The translations under genes and the position numbers were made by a program. From Candidatus Heimdallarchaeota archaeon (GTDB lineage Archaea > Asgardarchaeota > Heimdallarchaeia > JABLTI01): a stretch of 64,000 nucleotides of DNA. The DNA lies in the NCBI GenBank assembly GCA_018238155.1, contig JABCTZ010000011.1, forward strand, positions 1 through 64,000. The letters run 5' to 3'. Position 1 is the stretch's first letter, and each line of letters opens with the position of its first letter. The notes under the pieces are model-generated. The model was not told where the DNA came from, did not search any database, and saw only the letters and a program-made list of their open reading frames with translations. Below are positions 1 through 9,650 of this stretch, in pieces.

Positions 1-78
1 ATGATATTTATTACCATCTTGGGATTCAACCTCATGGGAGATGCGCTTCGAGACGCATTGGATCCAAAACTAAAATAA
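1..78 (+). CDS. C-terminal end of oligo/dipeptide ABC transporter permease (OppC/DppC-like), truncated by window edge
   Basis: Translates ...ILGFNLMGDALRDALDPKLK*, the typical OppC/DppC C-terminus. Confidence 0.85.
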   Translation: MIFITILGFNLMGDALRDALDPKLK

Positions 79-416
79 TAGACGATCTATTGGATGCTTT
101 TGTATCCAATATCTTATCTTTTTTTATTAAATAGTGAATTTTCTTATTAAAAAACACTTAAAAATAAATATTTTTTCGAAACTTTTATATATGAAGTTCA
201 AGCAAAAAGGGTATAAGTAATATAAAAGTCTTTCTCGAATGAGTAAAAATCAAATTCCAAAGGAACTAGTGGAACTATTTTGCTAAAAAGATATATTCTT
301 CTTAGCTCATTTGTTCTCACTTACCTAGTAAGAAAAATTGACTAGAAATAATCAAATTGGATAACTTGTTCAAAAGTAAGGTAATTATATTAGTTGTAGG
401 AGTGGTTCGTTAGCTA

Positions 417-1352
417 ATGTCTGATGATAAAATTCAAGAAGAAAAATCTCAAATAGCATGTCCTGAGTGTGGATCAACTGAAATTATTAGTGACTCTACA
501 AGAGGAGAAAGGATATGTACAAACTGTGGGGCAGTTATTGATGAGCATATCATAGATGAGGGACCAGAATGGAGAGCTTTTACTTCTGAAGAAAGAAATA
601 AAAGAAGCAGAGTAGGTTCACCAACTTCTTTTGCGGTACATGACAAAGGATTGGCAACTCAAATAGGTTGGGAAGATAGAGATGTATATGGTAAAAAACT
701 CTCACCGAGAAGAAGAGCACAAATCTACCGATTAAGAAAATGGCAAATAAGAACTAGAGTTCATTCTTCAATGGATAGAAATCTAGCTTATGCCATGAGC
801 GAGCTTGATAGATTAAGTTCTCAAATAGGTATACCAAGAACTGTAAAAGAAACCGCTGCAGTAATATATCGTAAAGCAATTGAAAGACACCTCATTCGCG
901 GAAGAAGCATAGAAGCAATGATTGCAGCAGCTGTTTATGCAGCAGCAAGAATTAGAAGAGTACCAAGAACTTTGGATGAAATTGCAAAGAACAGTAGGAT
1001 TTCAAAGAAGGAATTGGGTAGATGTTATAGGTTAATTATAAGGGAATTACAAATTAGAATTCCATTAGCTAATCCAAATGACTACATAATTCGATTCAGT
1101 GCTGAATTAAGACTATCCGGACATACTGCACAAAGAGCTATTGAAATAATTGATCAAGCAAAAGAAAATGGGTTAACTGCAGGAAAAGATCCAACTGGGT
1201 TAGCAGCAGCATCAATTTATATCGCTGGAATTATTGAAGGTGAAAGAAGAACTCAAAGAGAAATTGCTGAAACAGCAACAGTCACCGAAGTAACTGTAAG
1301 AAATCGATATAAAGAATTAGTACGACGATTAGGCATTGAAATCACTGTCTAA
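417..1352 (+). CDS. tfb: Transcription initiation factor IIB
   Basis: CPECGS...CTNCG Zn ribbon, GPEWRAF B-reader, two cyclin repeats, TEVTVRNRYKEL. Confidence 0.98.
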   Translation: MSDDKIQEEKSQIACPECGSTEIISDSTRGERICTNCGAVIDEHIIDEGPEWRAFTSEERNKRSRVGSPTSFAVHDKGLATQIGWEDRDVYGKKLSPRRRAQIYRLRKWQIRTRVHSSMDRNLAYAMSELDRLSSQIGIPRTVKETAAVIYRKAIERHLIRGRSIEAMIAAAVYAAARIRRVPRTLDEIAKNSRISKKELGRCYRLIIRELQIRIPLANPNDYIIRFSAELRLSGHTAQRAIEIIDQAKENGLTAGKDPTGLAAASIYIAGIIEGERRTQREIAETATVTEVTVRNRYKELVRRLGIEITV

Positions 1353-1423
1353 AGCGAATATTAAGGATTCTGATATTACAGAATCTTCATTTTCTATTTT
1401 ACTTCAAACGTTGGTTTAAACAA

Positions 1424-2167
1424 ATGATCAATATCATTCCAATTGCAAATTTTCCGATAATTGAAGAAAGAGATAATATCGGTATGATTATTTTAAAGAC
1501 TCTAAAAGAATGTGAAATTGAATATAATGACATTTTTATCATTGCTCAAACGATTATATCTAGAGCAGAAGGTCAAGTAGTGGACTTGGGAAAAATAAAT
1601 CCATCTGATTTTGCTATTGAAATGGGAAAACAATCTAGTAAAGATCCCAGACATATTGAAATTATATTGAGAGAAGCAAAGAAAATATGCAAATTCAGAA
1701 ATGGAGTGTTAGTAACAGAAACGAAACATGGATTTGTATGTGCTAATAGTGGAATAGACAAATCAAATGTAAAAGGGGAAAATTGTATTACTTTATTACC
1801 ACAAGACTCTGATAAATCAGCAAAAAAAATTAGAAAATATATTGAGAAACAAACCGGGAAGAAAATAGCTATTATTATATCAGATACACATAATAGACCA
1901 TTTAGATTAGGAGCAATAAACATTGCATTAGGATGCTCTGGTATTGAACCAATATTAAATTATTCAGGGAAAAAAGATCTATTTGGTTATAAGCTGAAAT
2001 CATCCAGTATATCTATTGCTGATCAATTATGTTCTGCAGCAGGGTTACAAATGGGAGAAGCTAATGAAGGTTATCCAGTAATAATTATTAGAGGTTATAA
2101 ATACAAAAGAGGGGAAATTTCAGCTCAAACATTAATTCGACCTGAAGAAAGAGATTATTTTAGATAA
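1424..2167 (+). CDS. cofE: Coenzyme F420-0:L-glutamate ligase
   Basis: CANSGIDKSN, IISDTHNRPFRLG, GEANEGYPVIIIRG motifs. Confidence 0.92.
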   Translation: MINIIPIANFPIIEERDNIGMIILKTLKECEIEYNDIFIIAQTIISRAEGQVVDLGKINPSDFAIEMGKQSSKDPRHIEIILREAKKICKFRNGVLVTETKHGFVCANSGIDKSNVKGENCITLLPQDSDKSAKKIRKYIEKQTGKKIAIIISDTHNRPFRLGAINIALGCSGIEPILNYSGKKDLFGYKLKSSSISIADQLCSAAGLQMGEANEGYPVIIIRGYKYKRGEISAQTLIRPEERDYFR

Positions 2168-4087
2168 AAATTTGTTAAGAATAGGTTCTTGATTTGCTAG
2201 GGTTTCAATATAGACTGTTTCTGAGTAAAAGAAACCTGAACAATGCATATCTGTATGTAAATCTAAATCTACTGAAATTAGATTATTCATTAGATCTATT
2301 GAACTTATATTTACTGTACTCGTCAATATAACACCAGTCTCAACGGAATTATCAGGAATGTACCTAAGATCATGAGTTGAGACACGAATTCCAATCCAAT
2401 CAGCTTCAATTTTATGTAAACCAGTTATTGCATCACTTGGATAGGAATAATTTAGAGTAGCATAACCAGTAGAATTAGTATAATTTGAACCTAAAATTGT
2501 ACCTGTAGAAGAATCAATGAAAGTAATAAGTTCTCCCTCAATTGGAATCAAGCTTCCAGAAACTCCAGTAAGAAGGAAAACTAAGAAATCATCATCGTAA
2601 CCAGAACCCAAATAAGCAGAAATTGTAAAAACCTCAGTTCTATTTAGATAAGGGCCATAAATTTCTGATGGATTGTAAGGATTAGTACGCCATGCAGAAG
2701 AGAGAAGGTTTGGAATAAAATAAGGCGCAGTGATTTGACGATGCATATGTTGTGAATCGAGAAAGAACTCATTTGAACAATGAAAAACTGCTTGGAACCC
2801 AATAGTATTTACCCCATATTGATCTCTTAATCCAGGGATAAGAGGAGAAGGATCGAATGCAACCCAATAACCTGTTGAACCATCAATGGGAATGAATACC
2901 TCTACCCAAGAATGAATATGTTTTGCCCGAATTATAAACTCGCTTCCTACTTGATCACCATACGAGAATCCTAACACTAATCTCGAGGGAATGTTTTGAA
3001 GGCGAGAAATAATTGCTAGAGAAGCAGCAAAATGAGATGCAGTACCATTACGTCTATTTAGAAACCATTCAACATAATCCTCTCCTTCTGCAGGTGATTC
3101 ACTTGAATGCCCTAATAGCATATCATAATCATAATTATTGTTAGTTGTTAACCACACCATATTTCTAAAAACTTGATTATATATTGTATCTGTAGAATTG
3201 AAAAGATTGCTTGCAATTTGATTTGTATAAGGTGCAGAAGAAGAATAATCTACAGGTAATTGTAAATATCTAGTGTTCAATTCAGGATTGCTACTAATTA
3301 GACTATTTAAGGCTGAAAAACCAGCACTAGTATCTTTAATATAAGTATTATTTTGTAATGTATATGCAACAGGATAACTTAAAGTAGTATTACCAATTTG
3401 ATTTTCAAAAGTAGCATCAATACTAGTAGCACCATAAATATCTTCATTTAATGAAGTTTCACTAAACACCCAATCCTCTATAGGAGAGAAGGTATAAGCA
3501 TTAGAAAATTCCTCTCCATAAATATAATTGTACGGTGCTGGAAAGTAACTGGAGAAACCACTACCAGAATAAAGAAGATCAGCTGTAACAGTAAATTGAC
3601 CATCAGCATTCGAAGGCAAAGAAGTGTATCCGGTATACTCTACTGTTGTAAGTTCTTTTTCCCAAGTTTCCATAGTATAAGTATCATAAGCTTCATATCG
3701 CCAATAAAAGAATTCATCTGCAGGTGATATGTGAAAAAGAATTCTTTCGGGATCAGAAATTCCAGTAAAATTATCAAAATTGACTAGAGGTGCATTACTA
3801 TCTGGATCATCTTCTGGAGGAGGATAAGGATCAGTATCCAATTCAATTAAATTAGGAAAAGGATTAATTTCATCTGGAAGATTAGGGTTATCAATTACAT
3901 TATCTATTTGTTGGTGACGTATTTTGAAAACTTCAAAAGCAACAGGCGCTAAAATTATCAAAGTTAAAGCTAATGATGGGAGAAAGACTTTAGTGATATT
4001 TGCTTTTGTAAGAATCTTTCCTTTTTTAGGAGAAGGTTTTGGCTTCTGACTCAATATTACACCAACTATAGTACTTAACATAAACAT
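2132..4087 (-). CDS. Membrane-anchored transglutaminase-like (TgpA-type) protein, catalytic Cys absent
   Basis: GTASHFAASLAIISRLQNIPSRLVLG, HSWVEVF, WVAFDPSP match the TG core; N-terminal TM helix. Confidence 0.8.
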   Translation of the reverse strand: MFMLSTIVGVILSQKPKPSPKKGKILTKANITKVFLPSLALTLIILAPVAFEVFKIRHQQIDNVIDNPNLPDEINPFPNLIELDTDPYPPPEDDPDSNAPLVNFDNFTGISDPERILFHISPADEFFYWRYEAYDTYTMETWEKELTTVEYTGYTSLPSNADGQFTVTADLLYSGSGFSSYFPAPYNYIYGEEFSNAYTFSPIEDWVFSETSLNEDIYGATSIDATFENQIGNTTLSYPVAYTLQNNTYIKDTSAGFSALNSLISSNPELNTRYLQLPVDYSSSAPYTNQIASNLFNSTDTIYNQVFRNMVWLTTNNNYDYDMLLGHSSESPAEGEDYVEWFLNRRNGTASHFAASLAIISRLQNIPSRLVLGFSYGDQVGSEFIIRAKHIHSWVEVFIPIDGSTGYWVAFDPSPLIPGLRDQYGVNTIGFQAVFHCSNEFFLDSQHMHRQITAPYFIPNLLSSAWRTNPYNPSEIYGPYLNRTEVFTISAYLGSGYDDDFLVFLLTGVSGSLIPIEGELITFIDSSTGTILGSNYTNSTGYATLNYSYPSDAITGLHKIEADWIGIRVSTHDLRYIPDNSVETGVILTSTVNISSIDLMNNLISVDLDLHTDMHCSGFFYSETVYIETLANQEPILNKFLSKIISFFRSN

Positions 4088-4125
4088 TTAGCTATTTCAA
4101 TATACTCTTTGGAACATATTTATAA

Positions 4126-4638
4126 TTATAACTGCATGCGGAAAAGAATCTTATTAACAATCATTTCTGGTGTATTGTTAGTTGAATCAATTTCATAAAT
4201 AGGTTTAGAAGGAAATGCTCTCTTTACAGATAATAAGCATTCTTCCATTATTTCTGCTTGAATATTTTCCGCTATTTTCTCATTTGAATAGTCTCGAGAT
4301 AGTTTTAAACGCTCTCTGAGAATACCGGGATTACATCTAATAACAAATATTGAATCAACGAAATCATTTGGAACTAATTCAGATGTATGCCCCTCAATAA
4401 AAACAATTTTTGGATAATACAATAATTCATTAAATAAAATTTCTTGTAATTTTATATCATCAATAATAACACTACCTCGAGGGTAATCAAAACCAAAATA
4501 TAAACCATTATTGATTATGAAATCATTTAGATTCAATATAGTAAATCCTCTCTTTTTAAGAGAGAGACCAACTGATGTTTTTCCAACACCAGGAGTACCA
4601 GTAATTAATATCACTCGAGGTAATGATTGTTCTATCAA
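4126..4638 (-). CDS. Adenylate kinase / AK6-Fap7 family ATPase
   Basis: GTPGVGKT P-loop, EGH motif, RDYSNEKIAENIQAEI. Confidence 0.9.
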   Translation of the reverse strand: MIEQSLPRVILITGTPGVGKTSVGLSLKKRGFTILNLNDFIINNGLYFGFDYPRGSVIIDDIKLQEILFNELLYYPKIVFIEGHTSELVPNDFVDSIFVIRCNPGILRERLKLSRDYSNEKIAENIQAEIMEECLLSVKRAFPSKPIYEIDSTNNTPEMIVNKILFRMQL

Positions 4639-4699
4639 ACAAAATCACAAATAAAACTAGGATAAATAGATGATAAGGATTTCTTAAAAAAATGAAGAA

Positions 4700-5074
4700 T
4701 TAAGAGGTTGATTTTGCTAAACCTATAGATAGCAAATCAGCACTCTCTTCAATGATTTTTATTGCTTCAGTTGGAGCTACAACTGTATAGTGATTATGAT
4801 TACGATTACCATAAGAAGATTGTTTTCTACTAAACAAACGTTTAGATTGATTATAATCTCGTTGCCAATTGAAAAATTCAACACCAATGAAATTGTCAAA
4901 GTCAATGATCATCATTGTTTGTTTAATTAATTCTGCTTCCTCAACAGGTGTCAAACCATTTTCAATAATAAGTACTCTGTTTTGTCGTACCAACCGAATA
5001 ATCATCTTAATTTTTTCAAATGTAGTTAATTTATCGGTTGCATGCTTTGTGATGAAATCTATATAGTATTTCAT
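4700..5074 (-). CDS. oapB: Origin-associated protein OapB (DUF2073-like)
   Basis: EKIKMII..V..N.VLIIENGLTPVEEAELIKQTM...FIGVE pattern; directly downstream of oapA. Confidence 0.8.
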   Translation of the reverse strand: MKYYIDFITKHATDKLTTFEKIKMIIRLVRQNRVLIIENGLTPVEEAELIKQTMMIIDFDNFIGVEFFNWQRDYNQSKRLFSRKQSSYGNRNHNHYTVVAPTEAIKIIEESADLLSIGLAKSTS

Positions 5075-5083
5075 GATATCACC

Positions 5084-5698
5084 TCAAGAATTACTCCTTA
5101 TTGCTTTATACAAAGCGGAAATATTATCACCTGTTTTTGCAGAAACAGCAACAATAGTTTGATCAGTAAATGTTTGGCGAATTAATTCAGGACGGGAATC
5201 CGGTAAATCAATTTTATTTGCAACAATTATTATTGGTATACCTTGTAATTGAAGATTACCAATAATTGTTAAATTTACTTGTTCAAAAGGTGTTTTAGTT
5301 GAATCTAAGATAACTAAAGCAATATCAACCTGATCTATCATTTTAATAGCTTCAAGAATACCTTTTGTTGCTTCTTTGGCTCTATGAATTGCTTCTTCTT
5401 CAGTCAATCCAAATTTAACGAAATTTCGGTAATCAACAGTAGAAGCAATACCTGGCATATCCATCAAAGTGAAATTAATCTCATATTTATCTATTTTTAA
5501 TAGAGCATTCTCAAGTTTTACCATTTTTCTTGTTTCATGAGGAATTTCGGAAACAGTACCAAGATCATCATAACCAAGATCATTTGCCATTTTATTAGCT
5601 AAAGTCGTTTTTCCTGCATTTACCTCACCGTAAAATGCAAGTTTAATATCTTTCTTTCTCTTTCTAGTAAGAATCTTACTAATCCAACTCACTGCCAA
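5084..5698 (-). CDS. oapA: Era-like GTPase, origin-associated protein OapA
   Basis: GEVNAGKTTLAN, SEIPHETR, DMPG, RAKEATKG, NKID, SAK motifs. Confidence 0.88.
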   Translation of the reverse strand: MAVSWISKILTRKRKKDIKLAFYGEVNAGKTTLANKMANDLGYDDLGTVSEIPHETRKMVKLENALLKIDKYEINFTLMDMPGIASTVDYRNFVKFGLTEEEAIHRAKEATKGILEAIKMIDQVDIALVILDSTKTPFEQVNLTIIGNLQLQGIPIIIVANKIDLPDSRPELIRQTFTDQTIVAVSAKTGDNISALYKAIRSNS

Positions 5699-5791
5699 AT
5701 ATAATCCTCCAATATGGAAATTTATTTCTCAAATAAATATTATCGAATTATATCATAAGAAGTGTTATTATCTACATATTTCCCTAATATG

Positions 5792-6244
5792 ATATTCACA
5801 AAAAACACTAATTTATAGTATAAAATAATGAATACAGTATACACATATTCACAAGTGATTAAAATAGAACTAAAATAAATATTAGTTAATTCAAGCATTC
5901 TATCAATTTTTTTGAAATAATAATGTATAAATCCCTTGTCTTATAACTCAAAAAAAAGATCTATTCACAGATATTCACAGTTTTTTTGTGAATATTGTGA
6001 ACAAAAGAAGGATTTTCCTGCCGTCTTTTCACAAAATAACATTTTTCGTTTTATTTCACGTGAATTCACAAATTCTCTGTGAATATGTGAACAAAAGGAA
6101 AAATATCTATATTCCTTTTTACTCTCCAGTGGAAATTAAGGGGTTTTAAAAACGATTAAGGGAAAATAGTATTTTTGTCGGTTTATTTTAATTTATATAC
6201 TAATGAAAATTTTTGAGATTACAATAACAATAGATCTATTCACA
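5792..6244. repeat. Cluster of about 11 (A/C)TATTCACA / TGTGAA(T/C)A repeats in both orientations
   Basis: Copies at about 5792, 5845, 5961, 5971, 5987(rc), 5996(rc), 6026, 6062, 6078(rc), 6086(rc), 6236. Confidence 0.85.
6124..6144 (+). promoter_or_regulatory. Origin recognition box ORB1
   Basis: CTCCAGTGGAAATTAAGGGGT matches the archaeal ORB consensus with G-string. Confidence 0.88.
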
Positions 6245-6296
6245 AACATTGTAAACAGGTTAATTAAGAAATTTAATAATGAAATTAGAAAGCATC

Positions 6297-6317
6297 TCCC
6301 CTTTTGTTCCAATGGAG
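6297..6317 (-). promoter_or_regulatory. Origin recognition box ORB2 (inverted)
   Basis: Reverse complement CTCCATTGGAACAAAAGGGGA. Confidence 0.8.
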
Positions 6318-6453
6318 AATAGAACTAATTTCTATTAATAATCTTCGAATGAATATATATATAAAAAAAAATCTTATGTGGTACTTAAGATTCCACTTAA
6401 TATAATAATCTTTTGTCTATTTTAATAGATAATGAATAAATAGACTTTATAAT

Positions 6454-6474
6454 TTCCATTAGAAATTTAGGGGT
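6454..6474 (+). promoter_or_regulatory. Origin recognition box ORB3
   Basis: TTCCATTAGAAATTTAGGGGT. Confidence 0.8.
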
Positions 6475-6593
6475 GTCTCGAGATAAATACATAAGTAGGA
6501 AATAAGATAATTAGTATCTAATACAAGATAATGGCATTAATCATAATATCTAGATAATAAAATTAGTTATAAGTTAACTTACCTATATTTCTA

Positions 6594-7046
6594 TTGGAGA
6601 CTTATCCTTTGAGCAAAAGAAAAATAAAATTTGAGATGAGTGACGAACAAGATAATAAGGTTACAGTTACATTCGAAGGTTCAATAAATGAAAAAAGTCT
6701 CAAAACATTAATTTCTACCGTAAATAATATGTTAGGAAAGGAATCTTCAGATTTAGAAGATATTGAAGATATTGCAATTGTAGATGCATTAGATTTACCT
6801 GTATATGAAAGAGTAAAATTATTAATTTCAACTGCTTTCGGAATGGGATCATGGTTTACAACAAATGAAATATGTGATTCATTTCAGGATATTTATAATC
6901 ATCAACTAAAAACTACAACTGCAAGTACTTACCTGGCCAGGTTATTTGAAGAAGGCTTTTTAGAAAGAAGTGGTTCACGTAATGAAAGAAAATATAATTT
7001 AAGACGTGAATTAAGGGAAAAATTACCAAAGCTATTAACTCAATAA
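6594..7046 (+). CDS. Small winged-helix DNA-binding protein adjacent to origin (start may be 6609 or 6636)
   Basis: C-terminal WFTTNEI...TTASTYLARLFEEGFLERSG...Y wHTH pattern. Confidence 0.75.
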   Translation: METYPLSKRKIKFEMSDEQDNKVTVTFEGSINEKSLKTLISTVNNMLGKESSDLEDIEDIAIVDALDLPVYERVKLLISTAFGMGSWFTTNEICDSFQDIYNHQLKTTTASTYLARLFEEGFLERSGSRNERKYNLRRELREKLPKLLTQ

Positions 7047-7055
7047 TCACTAAAA

Positions 7056-7376
7056 TTAATATTCAAAATAGTATCTATTTTCTCGTTCAATAGCTACAGA
7101 AACTTCAATTTCTTTTTCAAATAAATTTTCTAATTTATCAAAAATTATTTTTCCTAAATCAGAAATAAATATTATTCCAGGAGCAAAACTAACTAAACCG
7201 GCTCTACCAAATTCTTGGAGATATCTTGAGATAGTTATACTTGAGAAGTTGGTCCATTGAATTAATTCCTTTCTAGTACAAAAATCTCTTTTAGAAATAA
7301 AAGTAAAAATTAAACGAGAAGAATACGTACTAAAACAATTTTTAGTAATTTTAATTAGAATCAGATCTTGAATCAT
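7056..7376 (-). CDS. Winged-helix protein (start trimmed to ATG 7376 to avoid overlap with tgtA)
   Basis: TRKELIQWTNFSSITISRYLQEFGRAGLV...ISDLG HTH-wing pattern. Confidence 0.6.
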   Translation of the reverse strand: MIQDLILIKITKNCFSTYSSRLIFTFISKRDFCTRKELIQWTNFSSITISRYLQEFGRAGLVSFAPGIIFISDLGKIIFDKLENLFEKEIEVSVAIERENRYYFEY

Positions 7377-7425
7377 TTTAATCTGTACTAAAATATAAAT
7401 TTCAGAATAAAAAACCAACTCTTTT

Positions 7426-9024
7426 TTAAAATTTAATGAGATTATTAATAATATCCCTAACAATATTGATTTTAGAGTCTTTAAAGGAAAAACCAATACT
7501 TTCTATCTTTAATTTTTGAAATAATTTTTGCTGGTTAATGATTGAATTAATTGGACCTAATTCACCCAAAATAATAATTCTTTTGAAATTATTTGAATCA
7601 ATAAATTTCAGTGAATTTAAAATATCATTCTTAATTTTCTCTTTAGAGATATTACCAGATCCAATATATTGGACGAGAGGGTAGACTTCATTTATCTCGA
7701 GAGGAATAATATTAAAGTATGGATCTAATAACCAAACTTCATAATTTTCACTAATAAATTGGTTATTTATAATAATCTCTTTTAATAATTTCACTAAAGA
7801 ATAAGTTTCAGAGATTGTAGAATTGATCAACGAAATTAAGAATAATTTTTTACGTTCACCAAATTGAATATTTTTCATTCTTTTTTTATGTAGCAACAAC
7901 TCTGGTCTATAAAAACTATTTTCTGAGAGTAAAAATACTCCTTTTCTCTTTGTTGATGGAGCATTTTTAGACAATAAAGTAGAATATTTCTTTAGAACAT
8001 CAAAGCCTTTCTTTAAATTAGGATGAGCGGTTGCACGATTTTCAAGTAATTCCCATAAAGTACCAGAATAAATAGCTCTTCGAATATTTCGAATTTCGGC
8101 CTGGCAAGCATAAAGATTATGAGCAGCTAAGAATCTCATTCGGGCTTTTTTTGTTTGTTGTTTAAGAACTTGAGGAGTAGAGGAAAGACACATTGGACAA
8201 CTACAAGGAAATGCTTCCAAATCTTCAAGAAGAAAAGTTTGTGTATTGGTTATATAGCGATCATCTTGAGCGTAAAGAGCATATGAGGCTGAATCAAAAG
8301 AATCACAACCAGCAGCAACAATAAAAGGAAAAATAGAAGGGTGCCCCGCTCCAAACAAATGAATGGGTTTTGCGGGATCTAGAAATTGTTTAGCAGTTAA
8401 GATCATCTCGAGTAATATATCATATCTGTAATCATTCATTATTTCAACAACACTACCAATAGCAAACATTCCGAAAGTATCAATGCCAGAAATTGTTATA
8501 GCAGATTTTTCAATTAGGTCCAAGTATTTTCCACCCTGAATTGGACCAAGCCATATGATATCAGAATCTTGTTTCATGTTTACTATATTTTTGCATCTTT
8601 CAAGTGTTGTTTCAATTTTCTGTTGGGCAATTGAATAAGAATCATTTTTAGAAATAGGAATATCTAAAGGAACACCAAAATCGGATTCAATTAGCTCTTG
8701 ATAAGAAATAGCATTTTCTGGAGTGATGTCAATTTTACCATAAACTAGAGCTTGATATGCACCTGAATCGGTCATAATGGGACCTGAAAAACTAGTTAAT
8801 TCATGGAGGTTTAGCTTTTTCTCTGCAAAACGTTTGCGAAGAATATATGAGCTTGTAATAATTAAATCAACATCAAAAACTGATTGAAAGGTACTAACAT
8901 CAATAAGATTCTTATCTGGAACAGGGTGAACTACAGGAACAAAACAGGGAGTACGTATTGTGCCTTTTGCAGTTTTTATAGTTCCTAAGCGACCTAATAA
9001 ATCAGTTGATGTTAATTCAAACAC
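7426..9024 (-). CDS. tgtA: Archaeal tRNA-guanine(15) transglycosylase
   Basis: MTDSGAYQ, PIQGG, HLFGAGHP, FDSASY, CSCPMC...HN Zn site. Confidence 0.96.
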   Translation of the reverse strand: MFELTSTDLLGRLGTIKTAKGTIRTPCFVPVVHPVPDKNLIDVSTFQSVFDVDLIITSSYILRKRFAEKKLNLHELTSFSGPIMTDSGAYQALVYGKIDITPENAISYQELIESDFGVPLDIPISKNDSYSIAQQKIETTLERCKNIVNMKQDSDIIWLGPIQGGKYLDLIEKSAITISGIDTFGMFAIGSVVEIMNDYRYDILLEMILTAKQFLDPAKPIHLFGAGHPSIFPFIVAAGCDSFDSASYALYAQDDRYITNTQTFLLEDLEAFPCSCPMCLSSTPQVLKQQTKKARMRFLAAHNLYACQAEIRNIRRAIYSGTLWELLENRATAHPNLKKGFDVLKKYSTLLSKNAPSTKRKGVFLLSENSFYRPELLLHKKRMKNIQFGERKKLFLISLINSTISETYSLVKLLKEIIINNQFISENYEVWLLDPYFNIIPLEINEVYPLVQYIGSGNISKEKIKNDILNSLKFIDSNNFKRIIILGELGPINSIINQQKLFQKLKIESIGFSFKDSKINIVRDIINNLIKF

Positions 9025-9088
9025 AAATATTCACCTAAATTAAAACAATATTCTATAAAATATTAGAAAATAAAGAAGAAATTAATAA

Positions 9089-9547
9089 TTAAGCTTCTTC
9101 TTCTTTCTCTGCGAGTTCTTCCATGAATTGCTCAAAAACAGCTCTAACTCGATCAGCAACGGGACCAGTGCCAACAACGCCTTTTTCCGAAACTTTGACT
9201 TTATTGAGAACTTGAATCATTCTTGCATCTTCAAAGATTTTAACATCTGCTTCTATCAAACTTAAACGATCCTTTAATGCCGATGCTAAAGCAGATAAAT
9301 CAAATGGCTGCTCATTGATTAGTATTTCAGAAATTGTTGGACCTCTAATAAATACCTTAAAGTAAGAATTCTTACCTTCAACAGCTTTTGCTAAACAAAC
9401 ATCAAAAGTATCAGGATTCCAAGCTTTTAGTATGCCACTAAAAACCTTGTTTGAAGTAGATACAACAGTGATATATTTACCCTTTAGATCAGCTAATTCT
9501 TTATTGAAAATCCATTTGGGAGTTGTAGTGGTAGACATGACAAACAT
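9089..9547 (-). CDS. Extended Lsm/Sm-like RNA-binding protein (SmAP3 type)
   Basis: Sm fold (GILKAWN...VFIRG) plus C-terminal domain KVKVSEKGVVGTGPVADRV. Confidence 0.85.
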   Translation of the reverse strand: MFVMSTTTTPKWIFNKELADLKGKYITVVSTSNKVFSGILKAWNPDTFDVCLAKAVEGKNSYFKVFIRGPTISEILINEQPFDLSALASALKDRLSLIEADVKIFEDARMIQVLNKVKVSEKGVVGTGPVADRVRAVFEQFMEELAEKEEEA

Positions 9548-9650
9548 TCCTTTAGTTATCTAATTGAACAAATTTTTATTAGATTAAAAAAAATTCGGTC
9601 GCTTCCTTTTAATAAAAAAAGGATAATTCGACCTAAGAGAAGGCTATTTT

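Larger units (their letters stand above)
5780..6560. other. Probable chromosomal replication origin (oriC)
   Basis: About 900-bp AT-rich intergenic region next to oapAB containing three ORB elements and a TTCACA repeat cluster. Confidence 0.85.

Noticed and set aside
5950-6110. CRISPR array
   Set aside because: Repeats are short, irregularly spaced and in both orientations; no cas genes
7377-7496. N-terminal extensions given by the ORF track (also rpl3, rps10, csl4, phosphomutase, nrdD-like)
   Set aside because: Overlap neighbours or lie upstream of the RBS-supported, family-typical start
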